64,000 nt of DNA from Octopus vulgaris (lineage: Eukaryota): assembly GCA_951406725.2 (NCBI GenBank), contig OX597836.1, positions 46,624,001 to 46,688,000 on the forward strand. Reading direction: 5' to 3'. A program made the translations under genes and the position numbers. Below the pieces are notes generated by a model that made no database searches, was not told the DNA's origin, and saw only the letters and a program-made list of their open reading frames with translations. Each line of letters opens with the position of its first letter. Position 1 is the stretch's first letter. Below are positions 40,456-53,829 of the stretch, in pieces.

Positions 40456-41591
40456 TGTTGTTGCTGTGTAAATGCACCTGTGCTGGTGGCACATGAAAAG
40501 CAGCCAGCGCACTCTGTTGAGCGGTTGGTGTTGGGAAGGGCATCCAGCTGTAGAAGCCATGCGAAAACAGACAGCTGGTGTCTGGACAGCTCCCCAGTTG
40601 GTCAGCTTCATGTCAAACCGTCCAACCCATGCCAGCATGGAAAGCGGATGTTAAATGATGATGATGATGCATCCCTAAAGATATTACTGAAGTAAAACAG
40701 CTTCACCTGGAAAACGAAGCTGTTTTCTCAGGTGTTGTTTGCTGGACACACAAAGGGGATAACGAGAGTTTGTGATGTTTACAGACATTGAAGGCTTATG
40801 TGAAGTGAAAGGTTTTTGACTGGGGTTTGAACTCACATCTCAATCTTGGCAGATTGAAAATTCATATCTTCTTCTCTGGCACTTCTTCATGCCCACTCTG
40901 CCAGCTAGAAATAGCAACTTCTTTTCCAGCCAACCCAAGATAAACCTTGACATCTTTTAATAGGAAGGGCATTAGTAAATAACATCCTGGACAGAGTGTA
41001 TAAAGCAGGTTGCTCAGGGTTGGACAATCCTGATTATAAATCCTGATTATAAATCTGCTGACCTAGGGTTAAACAACGAGGATATTTGTCCTCATCTACA
41101 TATAAAAGGCAAGGCATCAACTCCACAACTTCTCACATGAATAAAGCATTGTCTTTAAAGTTCACTTTGATTTAGTTTCTGTTACAAGAAAACACACAAG
41201 CACCTCCCTACCTTCCCCCACTACCTGTATAATTAGTAAAACAGGTGTTAACGAGGAACTTAATGTGGCTCTCTATTGGTGTGCGTATGCGTTTAAGTAT
41301 ATGTGTGTTTATATGTATATGTGAGTGTGTGTGTGTGTATGTGTTTAAATATGTGTATTTATGTGTATGTGTGTGTGTGCATGTGTGTATATGTGTGTGT
41401 ATGTATGTGTACCTACCTAGCCTGTAAAAGGTGAATGAGGAGGTGGGGTAGAAACATGTAGCATGGTGGAGGGGGGACATCAGGGTCCCAGCAGGCAAGT
41501 TTCAACTTGTATTAACGACATTATATAGAGTGGTGCTTGTAATATATTGTTACACTCACACACACACACACACGCACACACACGTGTGTGC

Positions 41592-41623
<32 letters not shown>

Positions 41624-41770
41624 TTGTGTGTGCGTGTGCGTGTGTGTGTGTTTGTGTGTGTGTGTGTTGTGTGTGTGTGTGTGTGTTTGTGTGTGTGTTT
41701 GTGTGTGTGTGCGTGTGAGTGTGTATGTGTGTGTCTGTGTTTGTGTGTGTGTGCTTGTGTGTGTGTATGT

Positions 41771-41826
<56 letters not shown>

Positions 41827-41894
41827 ACGCGTATATGTATGCGTGTATCTATCTATCTATCTGTCTGTATGTTTGTCTGTCTGCATTATCTTTC

Positions 41895-42724
41895 ATCTTT
41901 TACTTGCTTCAGTCATTAAGCTGTGGCCATGCTGGGGCACAGTCTTGGAGAATTTTAGTCAAATGAATCGATCCCAGCATTTGTTTTGTTTTGTTTTTTC
42001 CAAGTCTGGGATCTTTTCGGTTTGAACGGCAGTTTTTTCTAGCGGTGTCATATGAAACTGTCACCCATAATTATGACCCTAGTATCGATCTATTGCATTT
42101 CAATTTTTTTTAGGGTTAGGAGTGGGGGGAAGGGTATCTTTTTTTCTTCACAAATGTAAATAAACCCAATCTGTTTCTTAAAAGAGGGACATATTCATAC
42201 GGCACATAATGTTTTTTACCTCAATAGACGTCAGTGATTGGTTGAAATTGCAGAAATTGAAGGAAAAACAACAAATATCTTACAAACTATAGAATTTTCT
42301 CAATAAAGCCAAAAGAAAAAGATGTTTTATAAACACATTCTACCAGTATACGAAGTTTAAAATTTTTTAGTTACCTAGAAATTATGTTAAAAACTGTCAT
42401 TCAAACCGAAAAGATCCCAAGTCTGGTACTTATTCTATCACTTTCTTTTGCAGAAACACTAAATTATGAGGATGTAAACAAACCAATACAGGCTGCCAGG
42501 GGGACAGACGCAGACACAAAGATGCACACACATAGATATATATATATATATATATACAGATATGTATCTATGATGGTCTTTGTTCAGTTTCTGTTTACAA
42601 TTTCTACTGAAAAGGCTTTGGTTGGCCGAAGGCTATAATAGAGGACACTTGCCCAAGGTTCCACACAGTGGGACTGAACTTGGAACCATGTGGCTGGAAG
42701 CTAACTTCTTACCACACAGCCATG

Positions 42725-42728
<4 letters not shown>
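41895..42728 (-). mobile_element. SINE family A interrupted by a MITE
   Basis: Tail at 41895-42008, body resumes at 42418. Confidence 0.75.
42009..42417. mobile_element. ~410-bp MITE with 8-bp (possibly 9-10 bp) TSD, Merlin/MULE-like
   Basis: TIRs ggatcttttcggtttgaa / ttcaaaccgaaaagatcc; caagtctg duplicated on both sides. Confidence 0.85.
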
Positions 42729-42808
<80 letters not shown>

Positions 42809-42809
42809 A

Positions 42810-43240
42810 TTAATTAATAAGGGTGAGAGAATTAGATACTAATTTAATAGTATATTTATTCCACACCAAGTGGCCTAGTGCTACGAGAAACCTGGATTAT
42901 TATAATATTTTATAACATATTATAATATTTTCACAAAATAAATATAAGAGAGTGGTCACTATATTGATCACTCTAGCACCAGTTAATCCAAAAGGTTTCA
43001 ACCACGAAAAATACATGTTTCCCATGAAAGCCAGTACGACTGTTAGCTCACACGGACAGGGCAAATAAAAAATAACAAAAATAATCTGTATTTTTGTTAT
43101 TTTTTATTTGCCCTGTCCGTGTGAGCTAACAGTCGTACTGGCTTTCATGGGAAACATGTATTTTTCGTGGTTGAAACCTTTTGGATTAACTGGTGCTAGG
43201 GTGATCAATATAGTGACCACTCTCTTATATTTATTATATT
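42810..43240. mobile_element. (TA)n-embedded structured element with ~300-bp near-perfect palindrome (42937-43234)
   Basis: Arms of ~145 bp; AGGGTG..CACC AAGTGGC CTAGTGCTA...TAGCACCAG. Confidence 0.8.
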
Positions 43241-43251
43241 TATATATATAT

Positions 43252-43358
<107 letters not shown>

Positions 43359-43466
43359 TACATACATACATACATACATACATACATACATACATACATT
43401 CATACATACATACATACATACATACATACATACATACATACATACATACATACATACATACATACA

Positions 43467-43502
<36 letters not shown>

Positions 43503-43509
43503 TATATAT

Positions 43510-43725
43510 TTCTTTACTACCCACAAGGGGCTAAACACAGACGGACAGAGAAATGGATTAAGTCGATTACATCGACCCCAGTGTGTAACTGGTATTTAAT
43601 TTATCGACCCTGAAAGGATGAAAGGCAAAGTCGACCTCGGCGGAATTTGAACCCAGAACATAACGGCAGACGAAATACGACTACGTATTTCACCCGGCGT
43701 GCTAACGTTTCTGCCAGCTCGCCAC
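43510..43725 (-). mobile_element. SINE family B
   Basis: Reverse-complement consensus. Confidence 0.88.
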
Positions 43726-43764
43726 CTATGCATACATGTATGTATGTATGTATGTATTTATGTA

Positions 43765-43882
43765 TGTGTACGAGGCATGTGTGCTCCCTTCTCTTCTCTA
43801 TGCCTGCGAGACGTGGGTCACATATCGATACCACCTTAAACATCTGGAACGTTTCCATCAGATGTGCCTCAGACGGATCTAT
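43765..43882 (+). mobile_element. RTE-clade LINE fragment
   Basis: VYEACVLPSLLYACETWVTYRYHLKHLERFHQMCLRRI. Confidence 0.85.
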
Positions 43883-43901
43883 AGCATCCTTTATAACTGT
43901 G

Positions 43902-43953
<52 letters not shown>

Positions 43954-44382
43954 AATATATATATATATTAGTTGAACTAACATAACAAAGACATCAGCTT
44001 TAACATGCCTTTGGCAAAGATCAACAATAACAACATGAACCATGATCATGATGATGGTGATGCTGCTGATGATGGTATAGAAAAAGGAAGAGGAAAAGAA
44101 AAATTAGTCTTAATCTTTAAGATGCAGAAATATGAAGACCATCTTTCACACTGGGATTGTCATATCCTCTGATGTTGTCACTGTCTTGGCTTCCTTGTTG
44201 TTGTTGCTGTTGTTGTTGTAAACAGCAATACTGGGAGAGAGAGTTGATGCAACATTGAGGTGTGACTGTCTTCACATATTGTGTATATTTAGGTAGTGTG
44301 TGTGTTTGTGTGTGTGTGTATAAGTGTATATGTGTATCCGGAGTGTATAACAAAATACTGTGTAATATATAATATCCTGAAA

Positions 44383-45008
44383 GGCAGTAAGCTGGCAGAA
44401 ACATTAGCACACTTGGCAGTATTTCGTCTGTCTTTATATTCTGAGTTCAAATTCCGCCAAGGTCGATTTTGCCTTTCATCCTTTCGGGGTCAATAAATTA
44501 AGTACCTATTTCTTTACTACCCACAAGGGGCTAAACAGAGAGAGGACAAATAAGGACAGACAAAGGGATTAAGTTGATTATATCGACCCCAGTGTGCAAC
44601 TGGTACTTAATTTATCGACCCCGAAAGGATGAAAGGCAAAGTCGACCTCGGCGGAATTTGAACTCAGAACGTAACGGCAGACGAAATATGGCTATGCATT
44701 TCGCCCAGTGTGCTAACATTTCTGCCAGCTCGGGGTCGATAAATTAAGTACCAATTACATACTGGGGTTGATCTAATCGACTGGTCCCCTCCCCCAAAAT
44801 TTCAGGCCTTGTGCATAGATTAGAAAAGAATCGTTAGCACACTGGGCAATATGCTTAGTGGCATTTTGTCGGGCTTCATATTCTGAGTTAGACTTTACTT
44901 TTCACCCTTTCGGGGTCAATGAAATATGTACTAGTTGAACACTGGGGATGATGTAATCAACATCCCCTCCCCCAAAATTGCTGGCCTTCAGCCAAAAATT
45001 TGAAATCA
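44383..45008. mobile_element. Cluster of nested SINE family B copies
   Basis: Plus copy interrupted by a minus copy (44507-44731), followed by another plus copy. Confidence 0.8.
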
Positions 45009-45611
45009 ATATATAATATGGTAGTAGTGGTGACGATGATAATAGTGATGCTGGTGATGATTGTGGGATTTACAAAGCTTTTGTATATTAGTAAGTAACA
45101 TTCACAAAGAAGTAGTCAACAGTTTTGTATAATGTTTCCCACCTGAGTGTGGGTTGCACAGAACTGTAAATTCTAAATATTCACATTAATTGTTATTGCT
45201 CAAGTGTTTTAAAATATATAATCCCATTATAGTTTTATAATTAACTATTTGGAATTGTATAACAAAAAAATTGTTAAAATGTTTTCAGTATTGTAGAAGA
45301 ATTTATTCTGTATTGTAGAATATTTATTGTGCAAGATTTTTAGCAACAAAACCTTTTGGGGATCCCAAGGGTCATATGGACCGTAGCTGAGAACCACTGA
45401 TATAGTGGGTGGAGAATATCATAAAATTTGGAACAATATCGTAATTAGAATAATGAATGAAATGAAAAATAAGTAAAGCTTAAACAATGCAGGAATTTTA
45501 AGGTGTTTTTAAACTTTCTGCATTGTTAGAAACTTATATCTCATTTATTCATTATTCAACTTCTGAACTACAATGCTTCAATCAAACTCCAATACTCTTC
45601 TAATATTTGAA

Positions 45612-46295
45612 GGGGGTGAGCTGGCAGAAATGTTAGCAAGTTGGGCAAAATGCATAGTGGTATTTTGTCTGTCAAAAAGGCGGCGAGCTGGCAGAAATGT
45701 TAGCACGCCGGGCGAAATGCTTAGCGGTATTTCGTCTGCGTTACGTTGTAAGTTCAAATTCCGCCGAGGTCGACTTTGCCTTTCATCCTTTCGGGGTCGA
45801 TAAATTAAGTACCAGTTACACACTGGGGTCGATGTAATCGACTTAATACCTATGTCTGTCCTTGTTTGTCCGCTCTGTGTTTGGCCCCTTGTGGGTAATA
45901 AAGAAATAGGTATTTTGTCTGTCATTACGTTCTGAGTTCAAATTCTGCCAAGGCCGACTTTGCCTTTCATCCTTTCAGGGTCGATAAATTAAGTACCAGC
46001 TGTATACTGAAGACGATCTAACTGACTGCCCCACCTCCCCAAAAATTTGGGGCCTTGTGCCTAGAGTAGAAAAGAATATTATAATATTTAGTTGGAGTGT
46101 TAAGGTGGTGAGCTGGGTGGATCATAAACATGCTGGGCAAAATGCTCAGCAGTATTTCACCTGTTTTTACGATTTGAGTTCAAATTCCACCAAGGTTGAC
46201 TTTGCTTTTCATCTTTTCAAGGGCCGATGAAATAAGTACCAGTCAAATACTGGGGGCTGATGTAATTGAGTTACCCTTCCCCACAAACTTGCTGG
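45612..46295 (+). mobile_element. Cluster of nested SINE family B copies
   Basis: Young copy 45678-45910 inside an older copy; third copy from 46103. Confidence 0.85.
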
Positions 46296-47188
46296 CTTAG
46301 TGGTTCGGGTGTTGGACTCACTATCATAAGACTGAGGTTTCAATCTCTGGACCAGGCAATCCATTGTGTTCTTGAGCAAAACACTTCATTTCATGTTGCT
46401 CCAATCCAATCAGCAGCAGAAATTAGTTTAGCCTGGAGAGGGATGGGCTCTGCCAGGCTTTCTAGCCCTAGGCACGCTGCATGGCTGCAGCACCCCCAAC
46501 GACCTCCAAGGAGTTAAAGTTGTGGCAGGGCTGGAGCTGCATTGCAGAAGTTTTGACCCAATGTCACAGGAGTTCCTTAGTGTATTTCTCTTGGAAGTGA
46601 TCTCAAACTCTGTTTAGGATTGAGTAATAATCACAAAACTTGTTTATTCAGGTGGGGGGAGGGGAGGTCTTCCTAATCTTTGGAGACATCATAAAACTAG
46701 TTGGTGACACTTGACAAAGTGTAGGGTGCTATAAAATAAAGGAAGGGATATCATGGAACAATTTGTGGTGTTAGAGTGACAAGGTTATAAAAAAAGTGAG
46801 TTATTAACAGTTGGTGTCATAAATCTTCCGTTTGACATAATAAAGTAAATATTTAGCCAATATAAACTCAACAGTGATAGATTTCCAAATGCGAATATAT
46901 TAAACATGTTTGGACATAGCTTCCAGTGTGTCGTTGGAGAATATTAACTGACTTGTAGAGGTGTTTGGGAGGTAAGGAATGGTACTTAATAAATAATTTG
47001 TGAGGGACGGTGGGGAAACAATAAAATGGCCGTTAGTTTTTGTTGTTGTTTATAACAGGTGAACTCTGATTGATGAGATCAGTCCTGTCTTTTTGTATCA
47101 AATGAAGCACAGAGTTGAGATTTATTCCTCTTTATTTAAGGTTTGTGTCTGGTTTGAGAGAGATTTGGCTGCTATATCTAGCAAGTCA

Positions 47189-47420
47189 AGGCGGTGAGCT
47201 GGCAGAATCGTTAGCACGCAGGGCAAAATGCATAGCAGTATTTCGTCTGCCATTACGTTCTGAGTTCAAATTCCGCCGAGGTCGACTTTGCCTTTCATCC
47301 TTTCAGGGTCGATAAATAAAGTACCAGTTATGCACTGGGGTCGATGTAATCGACTTAATCCCTTTGTCTGTCCTTGTTTTCCCCCTCTATGTTTAGCCCC
47401 TTGTGGGCAGTAAAGAAATA
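47189..47420 (+). mobile_element. SINE family B
   Basis: Full consensus. Confidence 0.88.
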
Positions 47421-47547
47421 TAAGAAATATATATCTAGCAAGTCAAGCATTGCCTTAGGGGTTACTTCAATTGATTATATACCCACCATTGGTGAGCTGG
47501 CAGAATTGTTAGTGTGACAAACGAAATCCCTGGTGGCATTTCTTTTG

Positions 47548-47960
47548 ACTTTTTTCATTTGAGAAAGATGTTGAAAATCCCCTGGCAAGACAAGGACCCA
47601 GGTACGGAAGTCCTCTCACAAGCTGCTCAATCTAACATTTACACACTTTGCGATATACTAAAGGCCTCGCTGAAATGCTTTCAGACCAACCCCGAAATCT
47701 GAGGAAATGCAAGAACAGAACCACCCAGCCTGGTGTAGCTGCACCAACAAAGGTGCAACCGCCTGCAAGCAGAATATGATTGCAGGGGCATGAAGAAAAC
47801 GTGACCTGCAAAAGTCCAGAGCCAACTCCTGACTTTTGGTCCCGGCAGATGGCAGCGCCTGCTGAGCATGCATTGGCCTGATTGCACCATGACCCTCCCA
47901 TCTGATGTTTTTGGTCACTGTTGACAATGGTGGATGAACATCATCATCATCATCATCATT
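47548..47960 (+). mobile_element. RTE-clade LINE 3' fragment, internally deleted
   Basis: LRKMLKIPWQDKDPGTEVLSQA...ILKASLKCF; ends in tggatgaa(cat)n. Confidence 0.7.
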
Positions 47961-48067
47961 ATTATTACATTTCATACTTTTGGGGTCAATAAGTTAAGTA
48001 CCAGTTGAGTACTTGGGTTGAGTACTGGGCCACCTAAATTTCAGGCCTTGTGCAGATAGTAGAAACG

Positions 48068-48117
<50 letters not shown>

Positions 48118-48121
48118 ATAA

Positions 48122-48470
48122 AGGCGGCAAGCTGGCAGAAACACACACATAGTTCAAATTCCACCGAGGTCGCCTTTGCCTTTCATCCTTTCAGGGTCAA
48201 TTAAATAAGTACCAGTTACGCACTGGGGTCGATGCAATCGACTTAATCCCTTTGTCTGTCCTTGTTTGTCCTCTCTGTGTTTAGCCCCTTGAGGGTAGTA
48301 AAAAAATAGGTATTTCGTGTGTCTGTCTTAGTTCAAATTCCCCCAAGGTCCACTTTGCCTTCCGTCCTTTCAAGATCGATGAAATAAGTACCGGTTATGC
48401 ACTGGGTTTAATATAATCGACTAACCCCTTCCCTACCAAATTTTCAAGGCCTTCTGCCTAGAGTAGAAAT
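48122..48470 (+). mobile_element. SINE family B copies (tandem or nested)
   Basis: Consensus core present twice. Confidence 0.75.
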
Positions 48471-48727
48471 AATAATAATTATTAAATTTGAGTTTAGATT
48501 CCATCCTGCTTCCTTTTGCCTTTCCTCTTTTTGGGGGTTGATAAAAAAATAAAACATGAGCTGAAGCTGAGTATTGGACCAATGCTTGTTGTTGTTGTTG
48601 TTACAGTTCAGACTACCATGTGACTGAACACTTTTGTCTTTGGAGGTGTCCATGCCACAATAATACACCACACTCCCCCAACTTTACAAAACATTACACC
48701 AACAACACACGACACTTCTTATATATA

Positions 48728-48935
48728 TTTCTTTATTACCCACAAGGGGCTAAACACAGAGGGGACAAACAAGGACAGACAAAGCGATTAAGTCGATTCC
48801 ATCGACCCCAGTGCGTAACTGGTACTTAATTTATCGACCCCGAAAGGATGAAAGGCAAAGTCAACCTTGGCGGAATTTGAACTCAGAACGTAACGGCAGA
48901 CGAAATACAGCTACGCATTTCACCCGGCGTGCTAA
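48728..48935 (-). mobile_element. SINE family B
   Basis: Reverse-complement consensus. Confidence 0.88.
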
Positions 48936-49161
48936 CTCCCACCACCAGATTGCACTAATAATACCTGACAGGTTCCTTCTCCTAATATAGAAGACAGTGT
49001 AAGAGATGTGTCTGTCTGTCATGGAGACATCATGCATCTTGTTTAGAAGAGTTACTTCCCTTGCAACACACACACACACACACACAAGACGTTGGTGGTA
49101 ACAAACGTGTAAAAAGTACACCACAAAAATATAGCAATGATCCTAAAAACATCCAGTGTTG

Positions 49162-49586
49162 AGATCTTTTCGGTTTGAATGGCAGTTTTTTCTAGCAGTG
49201 TCATATGAAATTGTCACCCATAATTATGACCCTAGTATCGATCTATTGCATTTCAATCTGTTTTAGGGTTAGAGTTAGGGTTAGGGGTGGTGGGAAGGGT
49301 ATCTTTTTTCTTCACAAATGTAAATAAACCCAATCTATTTCTTAAACGAGGGACATATTCATACGGCACAGAATGTTTTTTCTACCTCAATGGACGTCAT
49401 TGATTGGTTGAAATTGCAGAAATTGAAGAAACAAAACAACAAATGTCTTACAAACCATAGAATTTTCTCAATAAAGCCAAGAGAAAAAGATGTTTTATTA
49501 ACACATTCTACCAGTATACAAAGTTTAAAAGTGTTTAGTTACGTGGAAATTATTTTTAAAAACTGCCGTTCAAACCGAAGAGATCC
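49162..49586. mobile_element. Second copy of the ~410-bp MITE
   Basis: Same TIRs and interior as 42009-42417; cagtgttg duplicated on both sides. Confidence 0.88.
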
Positions 49587-49987
49587 CAGTGTTGTTCTTC
49601 CCTGTCACTGTTAGACACTTCCCATTACTCCAGGGACATGTGTTAAGTTGGTGGGTGCCATCACAAAAATGAATAAATTGACAGCTACCTCCAAACGACA
49701 TTTAAATTGATTGACACACGCTAAATTCTAAGGTACAGATGAATATGCCCTGTAAGAAGTGTGTGTGTGGGTTTGTGTATATATACACACACACAGAAAC
49801 ACACACACACGTATATGTGTGTGTATGTATAAATATTCATGTACATACATGTATACATTTACATACATACTTTTATAAAGTAACTTGCCAGCGTTCTCTT
49901 CATCATATACACACTAATTACATTCGGTTAAAATGGCTTATTGATGTGTTTTGTTTCTCTTTTTTCCCTGACAAGATGATCACATTG

Positions 49988-50023
<36 letters not shown>

Positions 50024-50309
50024 TGTTGTGTCTGGGGAGAATCATTTTCTTTTTGTCCCTTATAATTTAACACACTCACTGGTAAAATTTCCACTCAAGA
50101 AAAGTCAATGAACAGCTTTAAGTGTTACAGCATTAAAGAAAATGTCACACAGTTATCAGTAAGTCACATTTTATATTCCCTGTTCTTGTTCAAGGTCAAA
50201 GAATCAATAGAAGCCCCTTCTTCATCATGCAAATTCTCTTGCTGTTCCCTTTCTCCATACTTCTCTATAACTGTTGATGAACTGGTGCCATCATTTCACT
50301 ACCAAATCA

Positions 50310-50492
50310 GGGGTCACTTTGAACAGCGATAATTATATAAAAAGGGAATCAAATATTGACTGCAACTTATTTTTTATTTCATATATCAGTTTAAGTATTT
50401 TGTCCCCCTAACATAGTCAAATTTAGTCAAGGTTGAATAAACGGTTATGAAATTATTGCAATAAGAAGTCTAAAACTGTTCAAAGTGACCCC
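50310..50492. mobile_element. Small element with 17-bp perfect terminal inverted repeat (possible MITE)
   Basis: ggggtcactttgaacag / ctgttcaaagtgacccc; no clear TSD. Confidence 0.45.
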
Positions 50493-50547
50493 GTTTCACA
50501 GTATCCGAAAATATATGCTAACACAAATGTTTTGCACATAGTCGTGC

Positions 50548-50955
50548 TCAGGAGTGGCTGTGTGGTAAGTAGCTTGCTTACCAACCACATGGTTCCGGGT
50601 TCAGTCCCACTGCGTGGCATCTTGGGCAAGTGTCTTCTGCTATAGCCTCGGGCCGACCAATGCCTTGTGAGTGGATTTGGTAGACGGAAACTGAAAGAAG
50701 CCTGTCGTATATATGTATATATATATATATATGTGTGTATGTGTTTGTGTGTCTGTGTTTGTCCCCCTAGCATTGCTTGACAACCGATGCTGGTGTGTTT
50801 ATGTCCCCGTCACTTAGTGGTTCGGCAAAAGAGGGACCGATAGAATAAGTACTGGGCTTACAAAGAACAAGTCCCGGGGGTGACTTGCTCGACTAAAGGT
50901 GGTGCTCCAGCATGGCCGCAGTCAAATGACTGAAACAAGTAAAAGAAAAAAAAAA
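50548..50955 (+). mobile_element. SINE family A
   Basis: Full consensus. Confidence 0.9.
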
Positions 50956-51399
50956 ATTCAAGTGCCACCAGTTGATAACTCTTGAAGCCAGTAAGTGTAT
51001 GGGGTCAGCAGGAGGGAATGCGTGCCGTTTTGGGGCCTACCTTTCGATGGCATCAATGCGCACCAGCCCCCCTCACTGTTGTGAGGCCCCACTCGCTAGA
51101 TCAACTGGTTATCAAATAAAGCTCAGTATTCTTCTAGCTGTCGCTCATCATCTCTTTTTAGCAAAATCCAGTGGCTAGCCCCTTTTATACTGTAGTTTAT
51201 GAAGGCATTCTAAAATTGATTAGATTCAAAGTGAACTAAGAAAATATTTCAAATAGATGAATGCATACAAAAAGAACATTAAGAAGAAATAATATATTCT
51301 AGGAAAAGCCAATTTAGTATTTAACTTCTGATGACGTCAGTCGATAACAAAAGAATAAAAATTGAATCTAAATATTTAACAACATGACATTTAGTTATC

Positions 51400-51810
51400 T
51401 TTACTCTCTTTTACTCTTTTACTTGTTTCAGTCATTTGACTGCGGCCATGCTGGAGCACCGCCTTTTTAATCGAGCAACTCGACCCCAGGACTTATTCTT
51501 TTTTTGTAAGCCCAGTACATATTCTATCAGTCTCTTTTGCCGAACCGCTAAGTAACGAGGACATAAACACACCAGCATCGGTTGTCAAGCAATGCTGGGG
51601 GGACAAACACAGACACACACACATACATATATGTATATACATATATACGACAGGCTTCTTTCAGTTTCCGTCTACCAAATCCACTCACAAGGCATTGGTC
51701 GGCCCGGGGCTATAGCAGAAGACACTTGCCCAAGATGCCACACAATGGGACTGAACCACGAACCATGTGGTTGGTTAGCAAGCTACTTACCACAGCCACT
51801 CCTGCGCCTA
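51400..51810 (-). mobile_element. SINE family A
   Basis: Full reverse-complement consensus. Confidence 0.9.
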
Positions 51811-52169
51811 TTAATCTATCTATTAAATACGCCAAAAATGCTTTTAGAAAAATTATGCATATTAGATTATAGGAAAGCATTTATAATTAATGGGTTACTT
51901 GCTACTGAGTGCATTTCAATGTAAAATTATGCCTACAGTTTAATAATCCTAATTTAGAAGTAATTATGTGATACATTTCCTCAAAGCCAAAGTCACATTT
52001 AAAATTGCCAGTATTTATGATGGTAACAAGCTACTCATAGTTTCATGCATTTGTAGAAACTACAAGTAGCTTATAACTCTATGCTGTGTACATTAAATGA
52101 GATTTATCTCTCACTGGATGGAGTGCTTTTTATGTTGATCTTACCTTAATGGAAAAGTAAACTATATAC

Positions 52170-52356
52170 AAAAAGCACCCACTACACTCACGGAGTGGTT
52201 GGCGTTAGGAAGGGCATCCAGCTGTAGAAACTCTGCCAGATCAAGATTGGAGCCTGGTGCAGCCATCTGGTTCGCCAGCCCTTAGTCAAAATCGTCCAAC
52301 CCATGCTAGCATGGAAAGCGGATGTTAAACGATGATGATGATGATGATGATGATGA
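52170..52356 (+). mobile_element. (GAT)n-tailed retroposon 3' end
   Basis: Family consensus plus (gat)n. Confidence 0.8.
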
Positions 52357-52519
52357 TATATATATATATCTGATGAGATTTTACTTTTAAATGGTTTTAA
52401 TTATGGTAATTAATTTATAAAGGTCTGGAATCAAAAAAGCTGTCAGAGATGATGTCTAATTTTTTAATTAATAAATAATTATTATCTCTCTATTTTCTTA
52501 TCTTCTTAATATATATTCA

Positions 52520-52560
<41 letters not shown>

Positions 52561-52758
52561 ACATAATATATGTACCCCCTATATAGCAAGACACCAGCTT
52601 CTGCCTAACCTTTTGTAATCTGACACAAGATCAACTCTTCCAATATATATATATACATATATGTAGTTGGAATTTACAGAAAAACAAAAGACGAAGACAA
52701 GTGTATAAACAACAAGCAGGTGTATTAGTTTAACGCTAGGAAAGGTGAGAAAGTCTTT

Positions 52759-52786
52759 TATGTTTCGAGCATATGCTCTTCAACAG
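52759..52786 (-). ncRNA. Minimal hammerhead-like motif (core variant CUGUUGA)
   Basis: CUGUUGA-A-GAGC auau GCUC-GAAAC-AUA. Confidence 0.5.
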
Positions 52787-52822
52787 AAAGGAACACAAGG
52801 AAATAAACAGAGACAGAATAAC

Positions 52823-52853
<31 letters not shown>

Positions 52854-52876
52854 TACACATCTCTTTCTCTCTCTCT

Positions 52877-52942
<66 letters not shown>

Positions 52943-53083
52943 TTCATAATAAAGGTTACAAACCTCAATAAGGGATAATAAATCCAATGAAAATACTGGT
53001 TAGTTATCTATTTAAAAAGTGCTGAATATTACAATTAATATTCAACTGTAAGGTAACTAGATAAACCATGATTTATGTATGTT

Positions 53084-53459
53084 TTAAGAAGATAAGAAAA
53101 TAGAGAGATAATTAATAATTATTTATTAATTAAAAAATTATACATCATCTCTGACAGCTGTTTGATTCCAGACCTTTATAGATTAATTACCTTAATTAAA
53201 ACCATTTAAAAGTCGAATCTCATCAGAGTTGGCCAAAGATATACAAGTAGGTTTGGTGCTGTATACTCAACAAGCAGGAATATGAACACCTAACTGTATA
53301 TCTTTGGCCAACTCTGATGCGATTCGTCTTTTAAATGGTTTTAATTATGGTAATTAATTTATAAAGGTCTGGCATAAAAAAAAAACTGTCAGAGATGGTG
53401 TCTAATTTTTTAATTAATAAATAATTATTAATTATCTCTCTATTTTCTTATCTTCTTAA
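53084..53459. mobile_element. Inverted repeat (~160-bp arms) carrying hammerhead-like motifs; Penelope-like remnant
   Basis: Minus arm CUGAUGA-GAUUC...GAAUC-AAACAGCUGUC; further copy at 52370-52515. Confidence 0.6.
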
Positions 53460-53829
53460 TATACATACACTCACACACACACACACACACATAATATATA
53501 TATGTACCTCCTATATAGCAAGACACCAGCTTCTGCCTAACCTTTCATCATCTAACACAAGATCCCCTCTTCCAATGCCCCCTCCTCTCTCAAAGAATCC
53601 TTGTCTTGTAAAGTGACTTGGTGACCCTCCTAGTGCTGGGGTCATGTGAAACACATCCAGTCCACACTGTAAAATGGTTGGCATTTGGAAGGGCATCCAG
53701 CTGTAAAAACCTTACCAAATCTGACCTTGCCTGTGGTGGTGCCACATAAAAAGCACTGAGTCCACTCTGCAGGGTGGTCAGTGTTAGGAAGGGCATCCAG
53801 CCATAAAACCCTACCAAAACAGACACAAT

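Noticed and set aside
39843-40695. 17-aa repeat ORFs and a CRISPR-like appearance
   Set aside because: A pure 51-bp tandem repeat with no unique spacers, open in several frames on both strands, and no cas genes.
50960-51190. Possible solo LTR fragment (AATAAA, GC-rich)
   Set aside because: No TG...CA termini, TSD or second copy visible.
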